In this document: positions 8,432 through 17,124 of the stretch, in pieces
Position numbering within the stretch: the stretch's first letter is position 1
How the letters are laid out: every line of letters starts with the position of its first letter
IMG/VR virus record: IMGVR_UViG_3300005265_000001
Location: 32,001-96,000 of that record
Reading direction: 5' to 3' (one strand)
Length of the DNA stretch: 64,000 bases
Source of the DNA: a virus
Program-made: the position numbers and the translations under genes
The notes under the pieces: model-generated
The model's database searches: none
What the model was told of the DNA's origin: nothing
What the model saw: the letters and a program-made list of their open reading frames with translations, nothing else

Positions 8432-8581
8432 ATGAGAGAATGGGGAACAGATGAATGGGAAAAAATGTATGAAGAAAAAGAACCCCCCAAAAAATCCAAG
8501 AAAGAACCAACTCGTGAAGAAATTGAAAGGGAATATGAGACGGTTGATTATATGTGGCGAAAATATTTGGTTGATGATTAA
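8432..8581 (+). CDS. Small 49-aa protein
   Basis: AGGAG RBS; MREWGTDEWEKMYEEKEPPKK... Confidence 0.55.
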   Translation: MREWGTDEWEKMYEEKEPPKKSKKEPTREEIEREYETVDYMWRKYLVDD

Positions 8582-8587
8582 TTTTGA

Positions 8588-8598
8588 TTTATATTATT
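8588..8598 (+). promoter_or_regulatory. Candidate phage late-promoter motif TTTATATTATT
   Basis: Recurs about 30 nt upstream of the starts at 8627, 13283, 53267 and 59884. Confidence 0.5.
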
Positions 8599-8626
8599 AA
8601 CTAAAATATAAGAGGTGTAAGGTCTT

Positions 8627-8941
8627 ATGAAAGAAATAAAAGATGCCAGAAACGTTAAATCCTTTATAAATCTTGACAAAATTGCGCTAATTTACAAAGA
8701 AATGACGTTTTACGTCATTATTGCCAATGATGGAAGCGAATTGAAGGTAAATGACAAATATTTTTCAGAAATTTTCAAAGAAATAAAAAATAGAATGATT
8801 AGAATCAATGGGAAATATTCAACAGAAATGTGGGTGGACCCAAAATTTATTTCAATGTATCGAGAATACCCAAACGGGGATGCTGAAATTTATCTATCGG
8901 GGCAACAGTTTTTTGCAATTTCTCCAATTGAGTTAAAATAA
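8627..8941 (+). CDS. Hypothetical protein
   Basis: ORF track, GAGGT RBS. Confidence 0.65.
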   Translation: MKEIKDARNVKSFINLDKIALIYKEMTFYVIIANDGSELKVNDKYFSEIFKEIKNRMIRINGKYSTEMWVDPKFISMYREYPNGDAEIYLSGQQFFAISPIELK

Positions 8942-8942
8942 T

Positions 8943-9164
8943 ATGGCTATTCAAATAGAAAATTCAGTTGTAACATTAGAACATTTAAATTATTCAGATG
9001 ATATTACAATATCCAATTCAATTGCGGATATAAATAATTCAAATTGTAGTGGTCATGTGACTATAAGTGCCTCATTGGTTAATATAAACCTATCAACTAT
9101 AAATGCTGAATTATTGAATGTTTCAAATAACAGTGTTGTTAATGCTAATATAACAAATTTATAG
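8943..9164 (+). CDS. Small N/S/I-rich beta-helix-like protein
   Basis: Composition resembles the C-terminus of ORF 22896 and the N-terminus of ORF 11916. Confidence 0.5.
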   Translation: MAIQIENSVVTLEHLNYSDDITISNSIADINNSNCSGHVTISASLVNINLSTINAELLNVSNNSVVNANITNL

Positions 9165-9167
9165 AAA

Positions 9168-10103
9168 ATGAAAGAAAATACTGATTTTGATGGATTGACA
9201 TTTTGTGACACTTCCGGTGGTAGTGTTGATGGTGGTAGTGTAATAAACCTAAATTCGTGTGTTATAAATCATGATTTGGCTGTGGTTGGATCAACTATTA
9301 GAGTAAATTCTACAAGCGGCGGTGGGGAAGTTCAATTAACAGGAAATTCAACCGCTTGGGTTAATACAACAACGCTTGGAAAATTGAAAATTTCTAATAA
9401 TGATGGGTCAAATGCAATTATTTCAAATGTAAAAAATGGCAATTTTCAGGTTAATTTACAAGATGCTTGTAATGGTGTTACAGATGTGGATCAAAATTCA
9501 GGTGATTTTAGGATTGCCTCTAAAAATTTTGATAATAGATTGATTGAAAAACTTCAAACAATTTCAGATATTTTACAACATTGTTACAATACTGATAATT
9601 CCGGGCCATGTTCAAATTGTGGGTCTCCCGCTTCTGGTGGAAGTATGGCGTTCGGTGGTGGTGAGACATTAGAACCCGAAGAAATCGGATTACCAGAACC
9701 AGGTCCAGGAAATTCACCCTTTTATAAATTTTCTAATTCAACTTGGACAGTTTCAAATGATTTGCCAGAATATATTTTATGTGCTCATGGAATAACTTGT
9801 AATGAAAAAGGATATATTTGTGGTGATATTTATAATTTTGAATATGTTTCAAATACATTTACTCAAAAATCATGGCCGGACACGTCATATAATTTTTCTA
9901 TTTCATCATTAAATAACAAAATTTACTATAATCATGGAAGATGGGATGCTCAAACTCCCCCTCATGATGATGGAAATAGAGAATACAACCCTCAAACAGA
10001 TACTTTCACAACTGATATGGACGGTTATCTTTCAGAAGGAAATGGTGCTTTTGTTGTAAATGAGAAAATTCATGTATTTGGTGGGGGCATAGTGCCCTAT
10101 TAA
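9168..10103 (+). CDS. Beta-helix + HC..CxxC motif + partial Kelch protein
   Basis: Paralogous to 11916 (SVINLNSC.INH; SDILQHCYNTD..G.C..CGS); few Kelch-like blades. Confidence 0.6.
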   Translation: MKENTDFDGLTFCDTSGGSVDGGSVINLNSCVINHDLAVVGSTIRVNSTSGGGEVQLTGNSTAWVNTTTLGKLKISNNDGSNAIISNVKNGNFQVNLQDACNGVTDVDQNSGDFRIASKNFDNRLIEKLQTISDILQHCYNTDNSGPCSNCGSPASGGSMAFGGGETLEPEEIGLPEPGPGNSPFYKFSNSTWTVSNDLPEYILCAHGITCNEKGYICGDIYNFEYVSNTFTQKSWPDTSYNFSISSLNNKIYYNHGRWDAQTPPHDDGNREYNPQTDTFTTDMDGYLSEGNGAFVVNEKIHVFGGGIVPY

Positions 10104-10116
10104 AGGAAAAGCAAAA

Positions 10117-10602
10117 ATGAAAAGTAATGATTTTGATGGACTAACATTTTCCAATGGGGCGGCTGGATGCGGATATAATTTAGCACGAAGAGAAGACACA
10201 AGTCATTATGAATATATTCCTTTCGTTTCAAAAACAACGAAAACTGATATGCCCTATGCCGTTTATTTTCACGCTTATACAGATTTAAATAATAAAGGAT
10301 ATTCTTTGTGTGGAAAAGATGATTATGATGATTATGCCACAACTGGATATGTTTTTGAATATTTACCCGATACTTGGGTATCTAAAACAGATTATTCACA
10401 TAATTTGTCCCAAATGGGCGCCACAATAGTCAATAATAAAGTCTATGCGTTAGGGGGATATGAAGTTTATGATGATGAATTTGGATATATGCAATATGCG
10501 TCTGTGAGTTGGGTTAATTATTTAGAAAATGACACTTGGACGACAGATGAGCAAATGCCCGATTCAGTAAATCACATGGGGGCATTTAATAATGTTTCTT
10601 AA
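10117..10602 (+). CDS. Short Kelch-repeat protein
   Basis: NKGYSLCG, DTWVSKTD, NNKVYALGG. Confidence 0.65.
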   Translation: MKSNDFDGLTFSNGAAGCGYNLARREDTSHYEYIPFVSKTTKTDMPYAVYFHAYTDLNNKGYSLCGKDDYDDYATTGYVFEYLPDTWVSKTDYSHNLSQMGATIVNNKVYALGGYEVYDDEFGYMQYASVSWVNYLENDTWTTDEQMPDSVNHMGAFNNVS

Positions 10603-11481
10603 ATGAAATTTTTTCATGTTTCTCCAATAAAACCACAAGGTATTTTCAATTCAGTTAAAACACTATCGAATTATACAAAACAACCATTATATTTAATCAA
10701 TTTTCCTCTACATATCCCCAAAAATATTCCGATTCATTTAAATGTTCCGTGGTCTTTTTCTAAGGTTTATCCATATTTGGTTAATACCTTATCTATTTTT
10801 ACAATTCATCATTCGAGTAATTTAATTGGTATCAAAAGTTTTGAAAATGTTTTTTATGTTGTATTGACAAAATGGTTGTATAATAATTTGGTTGATAATT
10901 TGGAAAATGTTGTTTATATTCCTAATGGAATAGATTTGAATTTTTTCAAACCAAACAAATCATTTTTAGAATCCGAAAAGTTTACAATTCTAATAAATGC
11001 CAAGAATTTCAATATGTTGTATAATATTTTAGATAAGTTGAATGAAAATGATATTAGAGTAATGATATATGGAAATCATAAGAAAATAGAAAAATCATTT
11101 AATTTTGAAATAATAGATTGGGGTTGGGTGGAAAATAAAGTTTTGCTATTACATATTTTGAACGGTGTAGATGTTTTTATTCCTTTGTTTGGAAAATCAA
11201 TGTTACCTAATGTTATTTTAGAAAATATGGCTTGTCAGAATGTTCCAATTGTTTTAGATTATTATGGTGTAGATGAAATAATACGTAATAAAATTAATGG
11301 TTATGTTGTTAATAACATAGATGAGTTAATTGAACAAATTTTTGTTTTGAAAGATAACAAAAAGATTTTGAGAAAAATAGGTATAAATGCAAGGACTAAT
11401 GTTGATAAGTATTTTAATCCAATCATTCAAGCTAACAAATTTTTGAATTTTTATGACTCCATTTCCAAATACCATATATAA
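10603..11481 (+). CDS. GT4-like (GT-B fold) glycosyltransferase
   Basis: YIPNGIDLNFFKP; LPNVILENMAC..PIV; EII.NKINGYVV. Confidence 0.75.
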   Translation: MKFFHVSPIKPQGIFNSVKTLSNYTKQPLYLINFPLHIPKNIPIHLNVPWSFSKVYPYLVNTLSIFTIHHSSNLIGIKSFENVFYVVLTKWLYNNLVDNLENVVYIPNGIDLNFFKPNKSFLESEKFTILINAKNFNMLYNILDKLNENDIRVMIYGNHKKIEKSFNFEIIDWGWVENKVLLLHILNGVDVFIPLFGKSMLPNVILENMACQNVPIVLDYYGVDEIIRNKINGYVVNNIDELIEQIFVLKDNKKILRKIGINARTNVDKYFNPIIQANKFLNFYDSISKYHI

Positions 11482-11962
11482 AAATGCTGAAAATTTACAA
11501 CATATTCCTTTTGAATGTTTAATGCTATTTGATAAGCACGGCAATTTATCAGTTTTTTATACGTCTTTTTCAAAAACCAAAGTAAAATTAAAGAAAAAAG
11601 AAATCAAATATCCAATTGAATCTCGCCATTTTTCTATTCATAATCATTTGAAAGATAATTCCTTTTCTCTTGTGGATATTATTACAATTATGAATTTATT
11701 GATAAAATGGTCAATAGTTGTAACACCTAATAGATGGTTTTGCCTGGAATTGGATGTGAAAAATTTACTTTTATTGAATAGATGGGAAGAAATGCAAAAA
11801 ATTAAAATGGAATGGAATCAATTGAAACGATATACCCATACAACAAACCATTATAAAATGAAAGAAATAACAAAAAAGTATCCAAACATATTTAATAGTT
11901 ATATTATTTTACACAATGGAAAATTCAGTAATAAATCTAAATTCATGCTCAATAAACCATAA
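11453..11962 (+). CDS. Leaderless JAB/MPN protein 4
   Basis: FECLMLFDKHGN...HNHLKDNSFSLVD, homologous to JAB1 and JAB3. Confidence 0.65.
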   Translation: MTPFPNTIYKNAENLQHIPFECLMLFDKHGNLSVFYTSFSKTKVKLKKKEIKYPIESRHFSIHNHLKDNSFSLVDIITIMNLLIKWSIVVTPNRWFCLELDVKNLLLLNRWEEMQKIKMEWNQLKRYTHTTNHYKMKEITKKYPNIFNSYIILHNGKFSNKSKFMLNKP

Positions 11963-13205
11963 AATTGAAGTATCAAATTCCACTTTAGAAATTAACTCAA
12001 GCAATGCTCAAAATGTTGATTTGAAGAATGGAAGTGCGGGTAAAATTAGTTCAAGTGATTTGTCTGAATTAAATATTGAAACGGATAATAATTCAACCGC
12101 AATAGTTTCAACTGTAAAATCAAGCAATTTTAATGTAAAAGCTAAAGATGGATGTAATATAAATGAAGTTCAGCAAAATAGCGGAGATGTTAAGTTTTTT
12201 TCAAAAAATTATGATGAGAGATTAATAGAAAAATTTCAATCACTTTCAGATATTTTACAACATTGTTATAATACTGATGTTTCTGGAATTTGTGGTGTCT
12301 GTGGAAGTGGTGGACCTTCGCATGTTCCAAAAGGTTATATTTTTGGGGGATTTAGTGGGTCTGATGGACAACCAAGTTATTCAATTATGGATGATATTGA
12401 TGAATATGATGAAAATGGTGATTTGTGGTCGTCTAAAAGCAATTTATTATCTCCCGCAAGGGATTATACGTCGGCTTTTTATATTTCCACAAAAGGGTAT
12501 ATAGTTGGGGGAAGGGGTGGATATCATACTTTGGATGATACCATTGAATATACACCCGAAATTGATAGTTGTATTTTACGTGGAAATATGGTTCATGATA
12601 GACAAGATGGCACGGCGTTTTCTATAAATAATAAAGGTTATTATAGTGGCGGATTTGGAAGTGATAGTTCCAATCAATCAAATACAAATTTTGAATATGA
12701 TGTAGCCGGGGATAGTTGGGTTACAAAACACACAATTCCCTATCCCGCAAGAAGGGAATTAAGGTCTTCTACTATAAATAATAAAGGATATTTGTTTTCT
12801 GGTTTTAATATGAGTCTTCATTATCTAAGAGATACAGAAGAGTATAATCCTTTGAATGATACATGGGTATCAAAAACAGATCATAATAGTCCAGGACGGG
12901 GACTAAATGCGGCGTCTCCATTTGATAATAAAAGTTATATAATAGGTGGGGATACTGGTAGTTCTTATATAAATGATGTTGATGAATATGAACCTGGTGG
13001 TGATACATGGGTATCAAAAACTAATTATCCTACAATTATAGGAAGACAAGTTAGTAATAATTTATCAAATGGTATATGTGTCTTTGGAGGAGAAAATTCA
13101 TCTACAATTGTTCGAGATGTATATGAATTTAATAACAATTCATGGACTTCAAAAGCAAGTTTACCATCGCCTTCAAGAGCAAATGCGTCAGGAACACCAA
13201 TTTAA
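11916..13205 (+). CDS. Beta-helix + HC..CxxC + Kelch beta-propeller protein, putative virion appendage
   Basis: About six repeats of KGY..GG...EY....D.W.SK....P.R. Confidence 0.75.
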   Translation: MENSVINLNSCSINHKIEVSNSTLEINSSNAQNVDLKNGSAGKISSSDLSELNIETDNNSTAIVSTVKSSNFNVKAKDGCNINEVQQNSGDVKFFSKNYDERLIEKFQSLSDILQHCYNTDVSGICGVCGSGGPSHVPKGYIFGGFSGSDGQPSYSIMDDIDEYDENGDLWSSKSNLLSPARDYTSAFYISTKGYIVGGRGGYHTLDDTIEYTPEIDSCILRGNMVHDRQDGTAFSINNKGYYSGGFGSDSSNQSNTNFEYDVAGDSWVTKHTIPYPARRELRSSTINNKGYLFSGFNMSLHYLRDTEEYNPLNDTWVSKTDHNSPGRGLNAASPFDNKSYIIGGDTGSSYINDVDEYEPGGDTWVSKTNYPTIIGRQVSNNLSNGICVFGGENSSTIVRDVYEFNNNSWTSKASLPSPSRANASGTPI

Positions 13206-13242
13206 TTTTTATATTATTTTTAAAAAATTGGGGAATAAAGTT

Positions 13243-13253
13243 TTTATATTATT
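13243..13253 (+). promoter_or_regulatory. Candidate late-promoter motif upstream of the sheath (second copy at 13208-13218)
   Basis: TTTATATTATT about 30 nt before the ATG. Confidence 0.5.
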
Positions 13254-13282
13254 AAAAGAGAAAATAAAAGGAGAGCTATATA

Positions 13283-15658
13283 ATGGGTAGTTATGTATCA
13301 CCGGGTGGTTACGTTAGAGAAATAGATTGGAGTCTATATGCACGGTCTTTATCTTCAACTTCGGTTGGATTTATTGGTGCATTTGATAAGGGGCCAATAA
13401 ATGAGGCAACTTTAATTACTAATGTGGATGAATTAGTAAATGTTTTTGGCACACCAAATTTAAATACTTATGCGTGGGATGCCATAAAGCAATATTTAAG
13501 AAGTGGTAGAAGGGCTTGGGTTGTAAGAGTAGCGGATGATGATGCGGCAAAAGCAAAAATTGATGTAAATTCTGAAAATCAATATGGATTTATTTTGTCG
13601 TCAAATAAAAATTTGTTTACTTTTGATCCACCTTATGCTGGAACACTAAAAGGAAGTGAGGTTGAAACATATATTATAAATTCTTATGATGCCTTAAAAT
13701 TTAAGGTTGATGGGAGTGATATAGTTGCTGTTAATTTAACTTCTGGAATTAAAAGCGCACAAGCAATTGTAAATGAAATCAATTCACAAACAACTGGAAT
13801 TACGGCGGTTTATAATAATGGGTATGTTTGGGTTAAATCAAACACAATTGGAAGTTCATCTTCAATTGAGGCAATGGCGGTTGATTGTGTGAGACTTGAT
13901 GTTGAAAGTGTTTCAGGGGATTTTACAATTGGAGAAACAATTACAGGCGGAACGTCTGGGGCAACAGGGGTTTTATATGCCACAGATAATTCAACTTATA
14001 TGGATTTACATAGTGTAACAGGAACATTTTCGCCTTCCGAAACGGTTACAGGTGGAACATCTTCTGAAACGGCTGATATTACGGCGGCGGGTGTTCATGA
14101 AAGAACAGATGCAAATTCAACATTGGGATTTACAACAGGAACAGTTTACACTGGAAGTGACGGAAATAATACATTAAATGTTTCAATTGATGGCGGTGGG
14201 ACACAAACATTTAAAATGATTCCCGATACGGCAAATGAAACAATTTCCAAAACGGCACAACAAGTTGTAAATACTATCAATGCGTCAATTTCAGGCGGAA
14301 AGGCATATAAAACTTATGATGGAAGTGTCAAAATAGTCACAGATACGATTGGAAGTTCAGGTTCGGTTCAAGTTTTGTCTTCTTCAACGGCTGATACTGT
14401 TTTGGGATTTGATAATAATGTTCATTCTGGAAACGATTCAGCGGCTAAATGCTTTTCAGTGGAAGCTATTAATGAAGGTGTTTGGGGGAACAAAATATCT
14501 TTAATGATATCAACTGGAACAAGAACAAATACTTTTAGATTGGCCGTGATTTATGATTCAAAAACAGTTGAAGTTTTTAATAATCTTTCAAAGGTTCAAA
14601 CTTCAAGTGACTATTTTGTTAATAAAATCAATGGAGTATCAAGATATATTACAGTCACAGATAATACAGTTGAAACAAATATGCCGGCATTTGATACTTA
14701 TACTTTGGTTGGTGGAAATTCAGGAATTTCTTCTTTGAATGATGCTGATTATATAGGTATTAATACAGGGTCCACAAAAACAGGATTACAAATTTTTAGA
14801 AATGCGGAAAAATTGCAAATTAATTTACTTGCAATTCCTGGTATTTCAAGTGCGGCTGTAATTTCTGAAATGTTATCTTTGTGTGAGGATAGAGCCGATT
14901 GTATGGCAGTGGTTGATCCACCAAGGGGCTTGACACCACAAACAGTAGTTGATTGGCATAATGGAGAAGGAATTTGGTCTGGAAGTCATACGGCTTTTAA
15001 TTCAAGTTATGGGGCTTTATATTGGCCTTGGGTTAAAGTTTATGACAGTTATAATGAAATTGAAAAATGGGTTCCACCTTCAGGGTTTGCCTTGGATAGA
15101 ATGGCATATACTGATAAAATTGCGGAAGAGTGGTATGCACCTGCTGGATTTACACGTGGACGTTTAACAAATGTTCTTGGATTGGAATATGATACGTCAC
15201 AAGGTGACAGGGATTATATGTATTCCGATGGAAATGCTGTCAATCCAATTGTTGACTTTACACAAGAAGGTGTTGTAATTTGGGGTCAAAGAACACTTCA
15301 AAGAAAACCAACGGCACTTGATAGAGTTAATGTTAGACGGTTGTTACTTTATATTAGAAAAGTTGTAGCAACTACTACAAAATATTTCGTCTTTGAACCT
15401 AATGATAAATTATCATGGGCAAGATTACGAAATGCCCTTATTCCATATTTTGATTGGTTGTATGATCCTGAAACTGGTAGAGCATTGTATTATTACAAAA
15501 TTCAATGCGATAAAACAACCAACACAGATTTGGATATTAACAATGGAGTAATGAGGGTTAAAATCTTCTTACAACCGGTCAAAGCGGCTGAAATTATTGT
15601 ATCAGATTTGATTCTGTTACCAACAGGCGTGACTGCGGAAGATTATGTTATTTCATAA
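13283..15658 (+). CDS. Contractile tail sheath protein, T4 gp18-like
   Basis: YVSPGGYVREID, YWPW, WYAPAGFTRG, IWGQRTLQ...LDRVNVRRLL. Confidence 0.95.
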   Translation: MGSYVSPGGYVREIDWSLYARSLSSTSVGFIGAFDKGPINEATLITNVDELVNVFGTPNLNTYAWDAIKQYLRSGRRAWVVRVADDDAAKAKIDVNSENQYGFILSSNKNLFTFDPPYAGTLKGSEVETYIINSYDALKFKVDGSDIVAVNLTSGIKSAQAIVNEINSQTTGITAVYNNGYVWVKSNTIGSSSSIEAMAVDCVRLDVESVSGDFTIGETITGGTSGATGVLYATDNSTYMDLHSVTGTFSPSETVTGGTSSETADITAAGVHERTDANSTLGFTTGTVYTGSDGNNTLNVSIDGGGTQTFKMIPDTANETISKTAQQVVNTINASISGGKAYKTYDGSVKIVTDTIGSSGSVQVLSSSTADTVLGFDNNVHSGNDSAAKCFSVEAINEGVWGNKISLMISTGTRTNTFRLAVIYDSKTVEVFNNLSKVQTSSDYFVNKINGVSRYITVTDNTVETNMPAFDTYTLVGGNSGISSLNDADYIGINTGSTKTGLQIFRNAEKLQINLLAIPGISSAAVISEMLSLCEDRADCMAVVDPPRGLTPQTVVDWHNGEGIWSGSHTAFNSSYGALYWPWVKVYDSYNEIEKWVPPSGFALDRMAYTDKIAEEWYAPAGFTRGRLTNVLGLEYDTSQGDRDYMYSDGNAVNPIVDFTQEGVVIWGQRTLQRKPTALDRVNVRRLLLYIRKVVATTTKYFVFEPNDKLSWARLRNALIPYFDWLYDPETGRALYYYKIQCDKTTNTDLDINNGVMRVKIFLQPVKAAEIIVSDLILLPTGVTAEDYVIS

Positions 15659-15682
15659 ATGGATGAATTAAATCCATTTTTC
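15657..15682 (+). terminator. Weak hairpin/U-tract between sheath and tube
   Basis: aaatggat-gaattaa-atccattt followed by T-run. Confidence 0.35.
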
Positions 15683-15712
15683 TCTTAAAAAACAAAATGG
15701 AGGATATATTAA

Positions 15713-16192
15713 ATGTTAAGAGCAACACATTTAACTACTAATTTTGAACCTCAAAGGAAATTTGATTTTGAGATAGATTTTGGGGATGATATTTTGAGAC
15801 TATCCGTTTCAAAGGCGTCTCTACCTTCGGGTTCAAATGAAGAAATTGAGTTAAAATATGGAAATGAAAGGGTATGGATTGCGGGTCAAGCTAATTGGGA
15901 AGCCTCTACGCTTGAAATTCGTGATACTCTTGATGCTGGAACGGCGGAAATTTTGTGGAATTGGCGTCGGCAAGTATATGATGAAGAAACGGGGGCAATT
16001 GGACGGGCGGCAACTTATAAAAGAGTTGGGTCTTTGTTTTTACTTGCACCCGATGGGTCTGATTATAGAGAATGGCAGTTAATTGGATGTTGGCCTCAAT
16101 CACTTAAAATGGGTGATTTGGATATGAGCGACAATAATATTGTTTTAATTGAGGCAACTATTCGATATGATAGGGCTGTCTTTTTGGGATAA
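15713..16192 (+). CDS. Tail tube protein, T4 gp19-like
   Basis: Follows the sheath; WRRQVYD..TG, YKR, WQLIGCWP. Confidence 0.9.
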   Translation: MLRATHLTTNFEPQRKFDFEIDFGDDILRLSVSKASLPSGSNEEIELKYGNERVWIAGQANWEASTLEIRDTLDAGTAEILWNWRRQVYDEETGAIGRAATYKRVGSLFLLAPDGSDYREWQLIGCWPQSLKMGDLDMSDNNIVLIEATIRYDRAVFLG

Positions 16193-16232
16193 TCAAAAAA
16201 TATATTTTAAATCTTTAAAAGGAGATAAATAA

Positions 16233-16967
16233 ATGAGTGAAGTTATTAATCTGCCTTCAAATGGATGTTTTGGTTACGATAGTGAAATTTCAATTAAAGA
16301 AATGAGGGTTGGGGAAGAAAAATTACTTTCTAAAATTAACAAAGTCAATTTTACAAGAACAATGATGGACATTTTTGCACGGTTAATAGATGGAAAAGAC
16401 ATTGATTTTGTGAAAAATATGTTAATTTCAGATGGAAATTATTTGTATATGAAAATACGGGAATATACATACACCCCAAAATATGAATTTTCTGTAAAAT
16501 GTTCAAATTGTGGTGAAATTATCAAAAATGAAATTGATATTCCCGATGATTTAAACATTACAGTTGCAGAATGTGATAAAATAGAAGGTGATGGAGAAAT
16601 TACATTTACACTACCCAAATCTTCCGATGAAATTACATATCGGTTTATAAGATATGCAGATCAAATTAAAATTGAAAACAATATTAGACGATTAAAATCA
16701 AGTGACAGTGCTATTGATTATATTTTTTCAATAGCATACGCAATTAAAACAGTGAATGGCAATGAAATGAAAATTACTGAAAAACTGAAATATGTTGAAA
16801 ATCTATCAAGTTATGATTACTCATATTTACAAGAATATGTCAATTCCTTAACACCCGGTGTTGACCCATTTATAAATGTAGAATGTGGTGAATGTGGCTA
16901 TGAAGATAGATATTTGATGCCATTCAATGAACACTTTTTTCGTCCAAGAGTTATTCGGAAATCCTAA
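16233..16967 (+). CDS. Baseplate hub/tail assembly chaperone, T4 gp26-like, two CxxC
   Basis: INLPSNG, MRVGEEKLL, CSNC, CGEC, C-terminal FFRP; lies between tube and tape measure. Confidence 0.8.
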   Translation: MSEVINLPSNGCFGYDSEISIKEMRVGEEKLLSKINKVNFTRTMMDIFARLIDGKDIDFVKNMLISDGNYLYMKIREYTYTPKYEFSVKCSNCGEIIKNEIDIPDDLNITVAECDKIEGDGEITFTLPKSSDEITYRFIRYADQIKIENNIRRLKSSDSAIDYIFSIAYAIKTVNGNEMKITEKLKYVENLSSYDYSYLQEYVNSLTPGVDPFINVECGECGYEDRYLMPFNEHFFRPRVIRKS

Positions 16968-17124
16968 TTTAGCCGAAATACTTTCAATTCAATATTATTT
17001 ATCAAAATTCCTTCACCTTTCTATTAGTGAACAGGATATTTTAAATGTTTCAGAATTTCAATTCTTTTGGGAAAAGTTGAAAGAAGAAAATGAACAACAG
17101 GAATATGTAGAAGATGGCTACTAA
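16927..17124 (+). CDS. Small tail assembly chaperone, gp51-like or frameshift extension
   Basis: Overlaps the chaperone in the +1 frame, directly before the tape measure. Confidence 0.55.
   Translation: MNTFFVQELFGNPNLAEILSIQYYLSKFLHLSISEQDILNVSEFQFFWEKLKEENEQQEYVEDGY

Noticed and set aside
8588-8598. TTTATA motif as an archaeal TATA box (archaeal virus)
   Set aside because: Consensus sigma70 promoters and a peptidoglycan amidase point to a bacterial host
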